NCBI GenBank assembly: GCA_964016885.1
Contig: OZ024741.1
Coordinates: 47,678,001-47,742,000 of the forward strand
DNA from: Eledone cirrhosa
Lineage: Eukaryota
Reading direction: 5' to 3'
DNA: 64,000 bases
The notes under the pieces were generated by a model that saw only the letters and a list, made by a program, of their open reading frames with translations, was not told the DNA's origin and did not search any database. Numbering within the stretch: the stretch's first letter is position 1; each line of letters begins with the position of its first letter. The position numbers were made by a program, and so were the translations under genes. Below are positions 13,059 through 24,780 of this stretch, piece after piece.

Positions 13059-16000
13059 TATACACATACACACAAAGATATGCCCAGAAATAATGAATTA
13101 ACGATGAATTTCAGATGATGATGGGAGTAGAATCCGTGATGAATGTTGTGGACAGATATGGAATGATTGAATGTGGAAGAGGAAAACCAAGAAAGACCAT
13201 GTCTTTAGTCAGGACATGGCTAAGATAGTAACTTAATGTAAGGTCCTTATATAACATTATGTTGGAAGATTTTTAATTTAAATTGGAAACCTTTAAAATG
13301 GGGGATTTTGTTTCATAGAACCAGAGCCGGGTTGGTAACTAAAGGGTTAAGTATTTAATTAGTAGTTTGGGGGATTTTATTGTAAAACTTGTGTAGTTCT
13401 AAGTTATTGTTCTGTTACATCTAGGTCCAATTTGGTCATGCTGGTTCCTGTGCTAATGCTGACAGTGAAACAGCTGTAGCTAAAAACCAAGCACTTGAAG
13501 AAGCTGGAGCCTATGTTCCTGCCAGTTTTGACGGTCTTGGAACAGTTATAAAGTAAGTGTTAAGATATTATGTTTGTTTTTATTATATGTTGAGTGTCAT
13601 ACACTTAGACTTCACACTTTCTACTACTCATACCCATACATTTGATTTTATGCATGTATCTATATCTTTCTTTCTTTTTTTTTTTTCTTTTTTAAAGGAA
13701 AGTCTATGAAAACCTTGTTGCTCAGGGTACTATTGTTCCAGAGCCAGAACTGGCCCCTCCAACTGTACCAATGGATTATGCGTGGGCTAGGGTATGTTAA
13801 GAATGCTTCAATCATAATTATCACCATCATCATCATACATCCATTTTCCCTGCTAGCAGATGTTGAACGGTTTTGTCACAGACTAAATCAATACTTTGAT
13901 TATTTATTTGATCTTTTTATCTTATTAGCTTTGTAGTTTTAAATTATTGATTGAATGAGTTTCTTTTGTGTTGCTTTTAATAATGTAAAGAAAATATTTT
14001 CCAACCCCCAAATATTTGAGTTAATAGAATAGGTATTCTCGTTGTAGAATAGGTACCTTTGTTGTAGAGTAGGTACCTTTGTTGTAGAGTAGGTACCTTG
14101 GTTTTAGAATAGGTACCTTTGTTGTAGAATAGGTATTTTTGTAAGGTTCTTTTATAAAATTATGTTGGAAGATTTTAATTTAAATTGAAAACTTTTAAAA
14201 CGGGTTGTTTTATTACATAGATCCAGAGCTGGTTTTGGCTGGATTGGTAACAAAAGGGTTAAAATGCTGAGTTTTTTCATTATTGGTTTAAGGTGTTGAG
14301 GCTATATTCTTAGTTTGCTCATCTTAATGTTTTTAGACTATTTATTAAAATACCGATATTTTCAATGCCTGTCTTCTGTGTATTTTATTTTTCTTGTTTC
14401 ACTTTTGTCTAACTCAAAAGGAAGTTGACCCCATAAAGTCATAACAACATTAGTTCCAAGAAAACATGTAAACTAGTATTAAAAAAAAAGGTAAACAATC
14501 AACAAGAACCCAGACCACATTTACTTATCAAGTAAGGTGGAACTTGTCAAATTGGACGAAGGAAACAATGTTTCATTTAATCTTGTCGTTGTTGATACTA
14601 TCTACCAGTCACAATTCCTGGCAGAAAGAGCAACGTGAAATAAAATGTCTTTCTCAAGGACACAATGCATCTTCAGGCCCGGGAATTGAACTCACAACCT
14701 CACAATTGCAGATCCAATTATCTAACCACTAAGCCACATGCCTTCACAAATAGGCTATTACAGTTGCATGGAAATATGTGAAATTTAATGATTTCTGTCA
14801 ATAACCACAGCTGTTCATTGAACTAGTTTTTAATTACAGTTTCTGTAACAGTTTTGAATTACCATTGTCATCTGATCAAAGATTTGTCAGTGACCTACAT
14901 GTCCATCCAACATATTGATTTGCTATCTTTCTTGTTTTTGCCATCGCTGGCAATTGCCCCCATCCCCCCATTAAATCCAGCCCTGAGTGGATGATTTCTA
15001 TCATGGCCCTCATTATACTCATTGACTTTCTGTCAGCATTTATGAACATTTATCAATACATGTATTATTGATTTGCTACTTCTGCTTCTCCTTTACAGGA
15101 ACTTGGCTTGATCCGTAAACCTGCTTCATTTATGACCAGTATTTGTGATGAACGAGGTTCTGAACTACTTTATGCAGGTACTCCAATCACAGATATCTTT
15201 AAAGAAGACTTGGGTATAGGTGGTGTACTTAGCCTTCTCTGGTTCCAAAGAAGGTAAATTGTAGCTCAGTATTCTTTTCATACATTGTTTACATAGTTCT
15301 CTCTCTCTCTCTCTGGTAGAAATCTACATTCAACATATTGTCAAAATTAGTTTTCCACTTCATCCTCCTGGAGTTGATAAAATAAAGTACCAGTCAAAAT
15401 TTAGTAAACTTTTTATTTAATCACTTTGTCAAGAGGAAGGACAGTGCCTATGACTCATTTCAGGGTCTTTGAGACAGGTTGATGGGATGAAGATATTCTC
15501 ACACCAGTAGCCTAGCTTTAATACTTATAACAGAGTGGTCTTTGTTAAAAGCACTCAAGACTAGGTATTAAACCTGGCAACAGATTGTATCTACCACACA
15601 AGTAGGCCATGATGCGATTTGAACTCAGACCACAAAGAACAAGAACAAATGCCACAAGGCATCCTATTTAACACTAACAATTACATTAATTCACTGTCTT
15701 AGATTGGGTCTTTATTATTTATCAATTTGAGAAAGATGAAAGGCAAAGTTGAGCATGGTAGGATTTGAACTCAGAATGTAAGGAGCTGGAATAAATACAT
15801 TAAGTCCAATGCTGTAATGCTTCTGCCAATTTGCCTCGTAAACTATTCCCTCTCCTCAAATCTGTAGCTTCTGCCTATTTTAGAAAATATTACTGTGTAC
15901 TTGAATATTAGCTGATCCCCCCCCCCCCCCCTTCTATTTTATGCCTGAGAAATGGGCAAAAATCCAAACCACATTTATAAACCGAGGCAACTAATCAACA

Positions 16001-19000
16001 CATTGTTTTGATGGAGTATATATAACTGACCCCACCATTTTACCATTGAATTTTTTGGTCACATATTCCTCAGTTTGTATTTGAGTATATATGGTATGTT
16101 ATTTTACTGGTTTTATTCTATTTATCATTGACTCTCCCTCTCTTTTTATCCTCCTCCTTCTCTATTGCTGTCTTTCCTGTCCCCTCATTCACTGGTATTT
16201 TTTCTCGCCCTTTCTTTTCATTATTCAACCTACTAGACTTCCAAAATATGCCACCAAATTCATTGAGATGTGTCTGATGGTGACTGCTGACCATGGACCA
16301 GCTGTATCTGGAGCACACAATGCTATTGTCTGTACACGAGCAGGCAAAGATCTGGTCTCAGCTCTAGCCTCTGGACTCCTTACTATTGTAAGTATACATC
16401 AATCATACATCATCATTATCCTCATCTTTATTACCATTACTGTCATTATTGTCATTGTCATCTTTGATTTGTCTCCCATAATTTTTCTATTCTTCTATCT
16501 TACCCAGATTCTTCATTTTCCACCTCCTTTTTTTTTTTTTACATCTGCAATGTTATTATTATATGTTTTGGTCCCTTTCATCATTGCTAAATCCTTTTAC
16601 CCTTTCATTACCATATTTCTGATGAAAAACACTGCTTTTGATTTTGAGATAATTTTGAAATTAATCAAGTATTTGGAGATTTTGGAATGTAACTAACTTT
16701 CATGGAGGCACATGGCTTAGTGGTTAGAGCATTGGCCTTGCAATCGAAAGGTTGTGAGTTCAATTCTCAGACCAGGTGATGTGTTGTTTCCTTGAGCAAG
16801 ACACTTTATTTCACATTGCTCCAGTTTACTCAGCTGTAGAAATGAGATGATAGGAATTGGGGTCCTTATCATTCCACTGCAAAGTGGTCATGGAGGTGCC
16901 ACGGCAAAAAAGGACCCAGCCCACACTGTAAAGTGGACGTGTGGGTGCCACGGAAAAAAAGCACCCAGCACTCACTGTAAATGAGGTTGGTGTTAGGAAG
17001 GGCTTCCAGCTGTAGAAATCAAGCCAGAATCAGTTCCCGTCCCACCCTTGCAAGCAGGGAAAAGCGGACGTAAAATGATGATGATGATGATTATTTCTCA
17101 TTGTTAATCTGGTATTTGGAACATACGAGAGATGCATGATTCAATTTCCTGCAGGTATCTCTGTCCCTTTTTTTCTGTTTGTAGGGATACTTTACTGAAT
17201 TATTTTCAACTATTATTAATAGTGATCAACTATTATTATAGTTATTTGCATTGACGTGTCTATATTTTAAAAAGGTTCTTACATAAAATTATGATGGTTT
17301 TTAGATAAATATAAATACTTCAAAATAAACAGTTTGTTTTGTAGAACCAGGGGTGGTTTCAGGCAGTTTGGTATCATAAGGGTTAATTGTCCTTTCTTAG
17401 AAAAGACCTTTGAATTCTAATTTCTATATTCTTCTTTTTAGGGTGACCGCTTTGGTGGAGCATTAGATGCAGCAGCCAAGCAGTTCAGTGAGGCTTATGA
17501 CAGCAGCATGATTCCAATGGAGTTTGTTAACTCTATGAGGAAGAAAGGAAAACTCATCATGGGAATTGGACACCGTGTCAAATCGGTAAATATTTTCGAT
17601 TATCAGATACAATTTTGTGCATAATCTTCATCATCATTTTTATGTCCGCTTTTCCATGTTTGCATGGGTTGGATGGGTCCTTCTCAGCACAGCATCTCTT
17701 CACCTGTCGCGTTTTGTTGTCATCTCCTCTTCCAGTCTTAGTTATTTGAAGTCAGTTCTCACCACCTCTGCCCAGGTCTTTCTTGCTCATCCTCTACTGA
17801 CTTCACTCTTCAATCATTGTCCATGTGCATGACATGTCCATACCAATGCAGTCTTCTCTCCTGCACACCATCTCGGATTCCCCTTAAACCCAGCTTCTCC
17901 CTCAGCTCATCCAAGCTCTGCAGTCACAGCCCATGTTTCACTACCATGCAGCATCGAGTGCCGGTGTCGTACAGTTTTCCTTTTGTGCATGGGGAGAAAC
18001 CTTTTGTTTTCACAGTGAGAGTAGTTCTCTAAACTTCTTCCATCCTAACCTTATTCTAGCTATTATACTCACTGCACATCCTCCTCCACTGCTAATTAGA
18101 TCACCTAGATAGCAGAAGCTATCAACCGTGTCTATGGATCCTTCCTGTGACTGGAAAAGGGTTATATCATTGCATGTTTTGAAATTACCCACACCATTCT
18201 CCACACACACACAAACGCATGGTTGAGTTGTTAAGGAGTTGACTTCACAACCAGTTAGATCTGAGTTCAATCAAGATTCATAGCATCTGGAGCAAGTGTC
18301 TTCTATATTCTCAGGTTGACCAATTTCTTATGTGTGAAATTTGGTCAACGGAAACTGCAGGATCCCATCATATATGTGTGTTTATGTTTATTTATTTATA
18401 TCCCGTAATTTAGTTTCACAAAAGCGAGATCAATAAAATAAATACCAGACTTGAAAAAATAAGTACTGGGGTTGATATGATCAACCAAATCAATGTGGTG
18501 TCCCAGCATGGCCGTAGTCTGCTAGCTGAAAGAAGTAAAAGAATATATATGTGCGTACAGAGAGATCATCATTTAACGTCCATTTTTCCATGCTAGCATG
18601 GGTTAGACGAGTTATCCTGTTACGAGCAATGCCAGGTCAGGTGACTGTCTTGCTCACACAGAACTGTTTCTGGCTTGGTTTCTACAGCTGGATGCCCTTC
18701 CTAGTGCTAGCCTCATTTACAGTGTGTACTGGGTGCTTTTTGTCATGACACCTACACGACCACTTTACAGTGTGGGCTGGGCGCTTTTTGCTGTGTCACC
18801 ATCACAATGTAAATATATTTCAGTTATACCCAGTTTTTCTCTCAGCTCATCCATGTTTCACCATTCATGCACTTTAACATCAAACATCCATTGAAATATA
18901 TTCACTACATGTCTCTCCAGCTTTTACATAAAAATTAGTTAAACCATTTATAATTTTATTTACAATGTTTAATTCGTAAATGATATTTTTTTCCTATTGT

Positions 19001-20480
19001 CCATCAAAAATCTAAATGTTTTACTTAACTGTCTCTGTTTAAATATTTGCAGTTGAACAATCCTGATATGCGTGTTGTGATTTTAAAAGATTATGTGAAG
19101 CAACACTTCCCTGCTACACCTCTGCTTGATTACGCATGTGAAGTTGAAAAAATAACTACATCTAAGGTGAGATGATTTTTTTTTTATATTGAGGTCTAAC
19201 CTAAATATATAATATAGTGATATAAAAACTTATATAAAGTGGAGAGGACTCTTTGAATAATGCACCCAGCCCATGCTCTAAAGTGTTTGGTGATAGGAAG
19301 GGCATCCAACTAGGAAAACCCTGCCAAAATATAAAAAGGGAGTTAATAAAAACTTTAAATTAACTGATATTATCTATGCAATTATTACACAAAAACTCCA
19401 TTTAAAGGTGTTTAACATTTCAAAAGAATAAGATCAGCCAATCAATTGTTTGACAAGTTTTTTATAGCTGTATGCCCTTCTTATCATCAACTACTTTACA
19501 GTGTGTACTAAGGGCATATATCTATTAAAAAGATCAAAAACAAAATTAGCTAGACATTTCCATCTATACAAGGTTCCTCTAAAGGGTCTTTGAAGTAGCG
19601 TAACTCGGAGATCAGAGAGTCACTTCAGGTAGAGCCACTACTTTCTCTGAATTGAAAGATCACAGCATGTGGTTAAATGTGTCGGGAAAGAATCGCTGGA
19701 CAGATTTTATGGGCAGGAGATTCAGAGGTCTAAGCAAGATAGTTAGATAACATTCATGAGCTTGGCTGGTCTTGCTTGGGGATCCAGCTAGATCAGTTAG
19801 AGATGGTTGCTTCTGACAGGACCCACTGGAAGGAGCGTTTGAGAACTCTTCCCCCACGTTCCTCTCAGGAATAAGTGGGCAAAGAATAAGAAGTATTTCC
19901 ATTTAATTCACACTAGCCTGTTAGTAATATTTTTTAAATGGTAATGATGATTATGATAAGAATAAAAATTTGATTTTTAGTATTTTCCTTTAATAGAAGA
20001 AACAATAATGTTTTAATTATATTTCAGAAACCTAACTTAATTCTAAATGTTGATGGTTTTATTGGTGTTGCAATGGTGGATCTTTTCCGGAATTGTGGAT
20101 GTTTTACACGGTAAGTTATCTTTGTAGCAATTGTTTGTGTCCTCATATTAAACATTAACTCTGATGGGTTTGTGTATTCAACCTTGATTAAATAGTGCCC
20201 GAAGACATACTGTGGATTAAGATAAAAGGTAGGGTATATTTGCAAGTGACAGTACTTGCTGTACCAATGTGCTTCTAACATCTTCATACATATCCTAGTT
20301 ACTGAGGACTCTTTACTGTCTTTTTTATTGGAATGAAACACGTTAAATATTTCTACAGATTAGGATTCCATTTGAAATGGAAGTATTAAAGTGTTTTGTA
20401 AGTGTAGGCACTAGTGTTAAGGTGCTCTAAGTGCTGATATTGGAAGTGAAGATATTTTAGCACCTCGTTGAATTCTCATC

Positions 20481-20515
<35 letters not shown>

Positions 20516-21886
20516 CTTGTCACATATTTCTTGACTAATATATGAGTATAAATTAGTAACTACAAAATATTTAACATAATTTTTAATATAGTTAGAGGAA
20601 GTAAGATAGTGGCAAGTCTTAATAGGATATAAATGATTTCGATCTTTATTTTTTCATTACAGAGAAGAAGCCCAAGAATATATAGAAATTGGTGCTCTAA
20701 ATGGACTCTTTGTACTTGGTCGTAGCATGGGATTTATTGGTAAGTCTTTACTAATAGTTACTTTCTTAGCCTTTTTAATGTGCTTCAGCTGACTAGGGTT
20801 GCTATATTATTGTATTATACAACTATTACCAACTTGGGTTGCTGATAGAATATTATTTTGATTTTCGTTTTCTGATAGGACTGGCTTGTATTGTTAAACC
20901 ATCAGATTTGAGTATCCAGTGTTACTGGAAATCATATTTATAAACAATCAATATCAGATTGAGAAAATTTATGATCGAAAGTTTGAAGCTGTGATCATCC
21001 CATCTTTGTTTAATGACTAGATTATCTTGGTTACATATGCCTCCTTCCCTTTTTACAAAAGATGAGATTTGAAGGAAGTTTGGCTACTATTTCTAGCAAG
21101 TTGAACGACCACCTAGATGCCCTCTCTTTGGCCTGACCTATCTTGTTGCTTTTGTGAACAATTTTTGTGTATAAGACAATGTATAATAAACTTGCATGCT
21201 AAATGTTGAGTTGTATTCCAAGAATTGTATCAGAAAAGGAGTACAAATTCAAATACCTAAGCAGTATAATGGTGCAAAAATTATGACAAATACTCTCGGG
21301 TTCCAAATAATAGGGGCGTGGTTGGAATAAGCTGGAGAGTTGAAATAAATGAGGGGGTTGGAAAATCGGTACATTTTCTTGGTTGTGTCCATTGATTTTT
21401 TGATTTTTTTTCTGAATTAGACGTTTAGTTTACATATTGAGACCCCCAACCCATCCTATTTATTATTAAACGTATGGTATTTCTAATGATGTACTTCTTT
21501 TGTCATGTATACTGTTTTTTAATGTATAAAGAAAATTGTCACAGGAATGGTACCACTTAAAATAAAATTTTGCTGAAGATAGATTAACAAAATTTAATAA
21601 ACGGGGTGGGGGTTTGGAATAAGAGCTGGGGAGGGGGGAAATTATTCAAGACGCGAGAGTAAAAGATGGAAAAATAAATAAAACAATTTATTTTAATTTG
21701 GAATGTTTAATCACATTAATAATGTTTTTGTCATTTATTATATACAGTTGTCATTATATTTCTAATTATTATGTTTCTATGTTAGGTCACTACTTGGATC
21801 AAAAGAGATTGAAACAAGGTTTGTATCGCCACCCATGGGATGATATCTCTTACATCTTACCTGAGAGTTTACATGAAAGCCTCTGA
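550..21886 (+). CDS. ACLY: ATP-citrate lyase, 3' portion (16 exons; the 5' part lies upstream of the window)
   Basis: GT-AG exons in consistent phase: 550-602, 1349-1464, 3296-3400, 4412-4503, 5260-5364, 5954-6035, 9601-9711, 13425-13552, 13698-13791, 15099-15253, 16237-16387, 17442-17585, 19053-19166, 20028-20110, 20663-20739, 21786-21886. The spliced peptide runs from [17 protein letters not shown] to [33 protein letters not shown] and is co-linear with the animal ACLY C-terminal half. Confidence 0.98.
915..1110 (-). mobile_element. CRE-like non-LTR retrotransposon remnant (restriction-like endonuclease region)
   Basis: W.ATC.DTF...[26 protein letters not shown] resembles the CRE-clade C-terminus; related fragments at ~35920-36160 and ~61560-62035. 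Confidence 0.6.
1349..1464 (+). CDS. ACLY: ACLY exon ([39 protein letters not shown])
   Basis: ttctag| ... |gttaaa; CoA-binding domain motif NFASLRSAY. Confidence 0.95.
1517..3033. mobile_element. TTAA-flanked MITE (family A) split by RTE insertions
   Basis: Begins TTAACCTTTTCATTACCATATTTC and resumes at ~2993, ending AAGGGTTA. The same family recurs at ~5695-5907, 9125-9468, 13240-13350, 14140-14262, 16597-17386, 43560, 45283-45498, 51050-51237 and 56165-56376. Confidence 0.6.
1703..2783 (-). mobile_element. 5'-truncated RTE-clade LINE (C-terminal ORF, 3'UTR, (GAT)n tail)
   Basis: ORF 2101..2679 (FRYLG...[12 protein letters not shown]...GRPRKTW), nearly identical to 6629..8020; (CAT)n on the + strand at 1703-1729. 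Confidence 0.92.
3296..3400 (+). CDS. ACLY: ACLY exon ([35 protein letters not shown])
   Basis: tatag| ... |gtatgt; IIAEGIPE and IIGPAT motifs. Confidence 0.95.
3640..4000 (-). mobile_element. 3' fragment of a second RTE-like LINE family
   Basis: Encodes [28 protein letters not shown]-like sequence; copies at ~19590-19890(+), 53560-53995(+), 55825-56000(-), 57660-57865(+). Confidence 0.7.
4412..4503 (+). CDS. ACLY: ACLY exon ([30 protein letters not shown])
   Basis: aatag| ... |gtaagt. Confidence 0.95.
5260..5364 (+). CDS. ACLY: ACLY exon ([35 protein letters not shown])
   Basis: tttcag| ... |gtaaga; SRSGGMSNE motif. Confidence 0.95.
5954..6035 (+). CDS. ACLY: ACLY exon ([28 protein letters not shown])
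   Basis: ttttag| ... |gtaatc; seen inside ORF 5880..6161. Confidence 0.95.
6135..8490 (-). mobile_element. 5'-truncated RTE-clade LINE with reverse transcriptase and a PHD-like finger
   Basis: ORF 6629..8020 has [27 protein letters not shown] and FRYLG; it continues in frame upstream through a single TAA at 8144; 3'UTR and (GAT)n tail present. Confidence 0.95.
8536..8905. mobile_element. Two opposed fold-back remnants (probable Penelope-like termini) inside a (TA)n tract
   Basis: Hairpins at 8536-8667 and 8808-8905; each is followed by a GTATTGAGTAY motif, in opposite orientations. Confidence 0.55.
9601..9711 (+). CDS. ACLY: ACLY exon ([37 protein letters not shown])
   Basis: tttcag| ... 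|gtatta. Confidence 0.95.
10283..10468 (-). mobile_element. tRNA-related SINE with Nin/Deu-like core, inserted in the left Penelope arm
   Basis: 15-bp TSD CTGTCTTCAGAAATA at 10268 and 10469; box-B-like GAGTTCAAATCC; core GCCTTTCATCCTTACGGGGTCGATAAAATAAAGTACCAG; other copies at ~25560-25760, 29617-29900, 32460-32560, 37610-37750, 53235-53418, 58095-58300. Confidence 0.85.
10960..11686 (+). pseudogene. Penelope-like linker plus GIY-YIG endonuclease, frameshifted near 11170-11200
   Basis: Upstream frame ([14 protein letters not shown]...[11 protein letters not shown]) shifts into ORF 11162..11686; no RT domain is present. Confidence 0.8.
12698..12835 (+). ncRNA. Candidate type-I hammerhead ribozyme in the Penelope pseudo-LTR
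   Basis: Stem I UCAUUAUUU/AAAUGAUGA; CUGAAGA at 12707; long stem II with base CAGCAUAUAUAUGU/ACAUAUAUAUCCUA (2 mismatches); GAAAC-GAUC-GUA at 12815-12826 with palindromic ACGAUCGU. Confidence 0.6.
13425..13552 (+). CDS. ACLY: ACLY exon with the catalytic phospho-His motif ([42 protein letters not shown])
   Basis: atctag| ... |gtaagt; QFGHAG motif. Confidence 0.96.
13698..13791 (+). CDS. ACLY: ACLY exon ([31 protein letters not shown])
   Basis: ttaaag| ... |gtatgt; follows a 145-nt intron. Confidence 0.94.
14022..14140. repeat. 20-bp minisatellite (GTTGTAGAATAGGTACCTTT), 5-6 copies
   Basis: Seen directly. Confidence 0.85.
15099..15253 (+). CDS. ACLY: ACLY exon ([51 protein letters not shown])
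   Basis: ttacag| ... |gtaaat. Confidence 0.96.
16237..16387 (+). CDS. ACLY: ACLY exon ([50 protein letters not shown])
   Basis: tactag| ... |gtaagt; ADHGPAVSG citrate-synthase-homology motif. Confidence 0.96.
16704..17091 (+). mobile_element. tRNA-derived SINE with CORE-like centre and RTE-related 3' tail
   Basis: Box A TGGCTTAGTGG; box B GAGTTCAATTC; CCTTGAGCAAGACACTT core; tail GGTTGGTGTTAGGAAGGGC..CCAGCTGTAG shared with the RTE 3'UTR; (GAT)n end. Confidence 0.88.
17442..17585 (+). CDS. ACLY: ACLY exon ([48 protein letters not shown])
   Basis: ttttag| ... |gtaaat; GIGHRVKS motif. Confidence 0.96.
17630..18175 (-). mobile_element. Decayed RTE LINE fragment
   Basis: [34 protein letters not shown] in ORF 18010..18270. 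Confidence 0.75.
19053..19166 (+). CDS. ACLY: ACLY exon ([38 protein letters not shown])
   Basis: ttgcag| ... |gtgaga. Confidence 0.96.
20028..20110 (+). CDS. ACLY: ACLY exon ([27 protein letters not shown])
   Basis: tttcag| ... |gtaagt; LILNVDG motif. Confidence 0.96.
20663..20739 (+). CDS. ACLY: ACLY exon ([25 protein letters not shown])
   Basis: ttacag| ... |gtaagt. Confidence 0.96.
21291..21661. mobile_element. MITE with TA-bounded terminal inverted repeats (Tc1/mariner-pogo-like)
   Basis: 5' TACTCTCGGGTTCCAAATAAT versus 3' ATTATTCAAGACGCGAGAGTA. Confidence 0.65.
21786..21886 (+). CDS. ACLY: ACLY last coding exon ([33 protein letters not shown])
   Basis: gttag| ... TGA; seen in ORF 21698..21886. 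Confidence 0.97.
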
Positions 21887-22695
21887 AACTCCTCACTGAT
21901 TCCTGCTTGACCTTCCTGTTGCAACCTTCTTCTTCCATGTGGCTGCTATTATTTCTAACTGCTGAGATTGTATGCCTTCCTTTACAAACGGATGGTGTAA
22001 TGCTTCCATTTGGAGATGAGGGAGTCGAACCTGATTACACATCGTTGCCGACATTATCCACTAAAAGTTGAGTCTGTATTGGTAGATTAGCCTTTCTGTA
22101 GGGCTAGATCATGCGTAAACTACCTAATGTTTTTTTTTATATATATATATATAAGGTAGATATGTATTTATCAAATTGTCCTCTAAAACTACTATGTAGT
22201 CTCCCTTTCTTCATTCTCTTCCCTTATTTGTAATTTATTTATTTTTTATTTATAAAAATAGATTTTAATTACTTAGATACTTTGACCAAGATATTTTTTC
22301 TATTATTTAGAATCAACCAATAGCATAAATCCCTTCAAATTTAAAGCATTTCATATTCAATGTGTTTATTTTTTTATTTTTCATTACTATTTTTTTTTTA
22401 TTTTGGGGAGTGGTTGTTTATTTTGGGTTTTAACGAGGTATCTTTTCTAAAAATGTACTCACAATATCTTCAATTCTGTTTCAAATATATGAATGAAAGA
22501 GTAGAAGAAAAAAAAAACTGTGGTCCAAGCTGTAAATCTAGTTAAAACTGTGTCCTGAAGCTATAATTGTGTTTCAGTTGGGTTCTATTAATGTTGGATT
22601 TTAACTTATATTTCTCTTGCTAACCCAATCAATGATCTATTGTCCAATATGATGGAATAATAGACGAAATAATACTCCATATTTGTTCCTAAAGC

Positions 22696-22764
22696 AATAA
22701 AAACATTACAAAGTCACTCAATTTTAGCCATTATTCATCTGTTTCTTTAAATTTGAAAAATAAA
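22696..22764 (+). terminator. Candidate ACLY polyadenylation signals (AATAAA at 22696 and 22759)
   Basis: Two AATAAA hexamers end ~0.8 kb of unique AU-rich sequence after the stop and are followed by a GT-rich stretch (tttgtgttggtgtg). Position-based inference only. Confidence 0.5.
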
Positions 22765-23234
22765 AAAAAAATTAAATTATTTCCATTGCCTATTTGTGTT
22801 GGTGTGATCATTCCATTTCTCTTAATTGTACAACAGATTCTTTTTTAACTGGATAAAGAACTGAACTCTTATTTTTAGGAACTAGGATTTTTTTCAATAC
22901 GCTGATGAATATGTGTATATGTGTGTGTATGTACATATGTATACATTTATATGTATGAGTATATAAAAATAAACACCCAAACACAGACACACTTACAAAC
23001 ATACACACTCACAGACATACATTCATACAAATACATATACATTTACTCAAACACACATACACATACTCTCACACAGAGTAGCAAATGAAACACCAACCAC
23101 TATTTTGCTATAGTTTTTTCACCATCTGCTTCCTTCCTTTTACACACACACACATTGTGTGATGGATGGAAGTTGCTCAAATTTATATATAAATTGAAAA
23201 ACATGACTAGCAGGCTGAGGTCATGTGTATGTGT

Positions 23235-24780
23235 GATCCTTATAGCTGAATCCATGGAAGAGTTAGAGGCAAAATTCCAGGCATGGAAGAAAACTTTCAC
23301 TGGAGCTCTTACTACTAACTATCCCTGTGCATCTCCCATATATAAAGTTTACCTTTTCTGTTAGTCTACACACAATCCCACTACACCTTTTGTGTACCCA
23401 TGTTTTATATTTTATATATCATATGGAGTTCCCACCTACTCCTTTTCTCTACATTGAACATGGCCACTGTTTAAATGCTAAAGGGTTAACCATATGTATT
23501 GTAGATCAGGTAATACAGGATGGTGTTATACTCAATAACTGGGGTAGCTGCTGCTACAAAGGCAAAGGAGATGCACTAAACAGGGGAAGTAACAGATGCA
23601 TCAAATTGATGAACCATGTTATGAAAGTTACTGAAAACATAGTGCAACTGATCAAGTATCGAGTTAACCTTGACGAGATGCACTTCAACTTTATACCAAG
23701 TAGTATGACTGATGCTCTCTTCCTTGTGAAACATATAGAAGTAGTTAACTGGAGAAAGTTTTGACCTTACCATGCTCCGTAATCTGGTGGGCTCTTAGGA
23801 AACGGGTAGATGAGTACCTTGTAAGGGATGTACAAGCCATGTACAGAAGAACAGTCAGGAAATTGAGTATAGCAAAGAATTCAGTGTAAGGGTGGGGATC
23901 CACTAGGGCTATTCTTTGGCTCCCTTTTGTATATTATAGTCTTTCAGGTCATAACCAAGGAATTTAAGACAGGCTGCCCTTAGGAACTCCTGTATACAAA
24001 TGAGCTAGCTCTCATAGCTGAATCTACTGTGGAACTAGAGAAGAAATTCCAGACTTGAAGGCAAAACCTGGAATCAAAAGGCCTCAAAGTCGACTTAGCT
24101 AAGACTAAAATCTTAGTAAGTAGGAACGATGATAGCTTTGATTCCATCAGGGAAATGGCCATGCTCAATTAGCACAAAAGGAATAGGTAGAAATTCCATA
24201 CAACATACAAAATGTAAGAGGGGTGTACTAGGTTACCAAAGAATGTAGGCTGTATATAGCAGATGCACAGGAGCAGTTACCAGCAAACAGACACTAGCTC
24301 CTTAGATTTGGTTGACAACCTTTGCTACCTACATAACTTAATTAGCAATCAGGGTGGATATTCTGAACGTACAGAAAAAGCAGATTGTATTAAGCCTGTG
24401 AGTAAATTGCAATGCTACATGGAAATGAGATTTGAGCCTTGTATGCAGAGGATCTGTGAAGATTGGGAAAAAATGAGGTTAGTATACTCTGATATATGTG
24501 TAATAGTAGTGTGCATGAAAGACGAAGCATCAATCAACTCAGTATAAGAGGGATTAGGTGCAGTGTACAAGAAAGAAGACTGCCTTGGTATAGGCATATG
24601 ACACACACATGAAGGATGACAGCTGCATAAAAAAGTACAGTGCACTCAAACTTGATGGAAACTGTAGAAGTTGTAGATTAAGAAAAATTTGTGGTAAAGC
24701 ATGACCTCAGGAAGGTGATCATACAGGATCGAGTTGACTGGTGATATGTTGTACACAGAAGACTCACCTTCCCACACAAG
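23235..24780 (+). mobile_element. Decayed RTE LINE fragments, including an inverted piece at ~23340-23470
   Basis: [23 protein letters not shown] and LIAESMEELEAKFQAW segments with many stops and frameshifts. Confidence 0.8.

Noticed and set aside
16091-16696. 201-aa hydrophobic ORF as a separate membrane protein
   Set aside because: It is an ACLY exon read through T-rich intron flanks. Other short ORFs in the track are likewise repeat-derived or antisense to the RTEs.
16704-16775. tRNA gene (also at 41461, 48374, 62202)
   Set aside because: A and B boxes are present, but the sequence runs into SINE core and tail with TSDs and has no clean cloverleaf.
21884-21900. Stop-codon readthrough of ACLY
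   Set aside because: The TGA is followed by AAC rather than a CTAG-type context, and the C-terminus ends about where homologues end.
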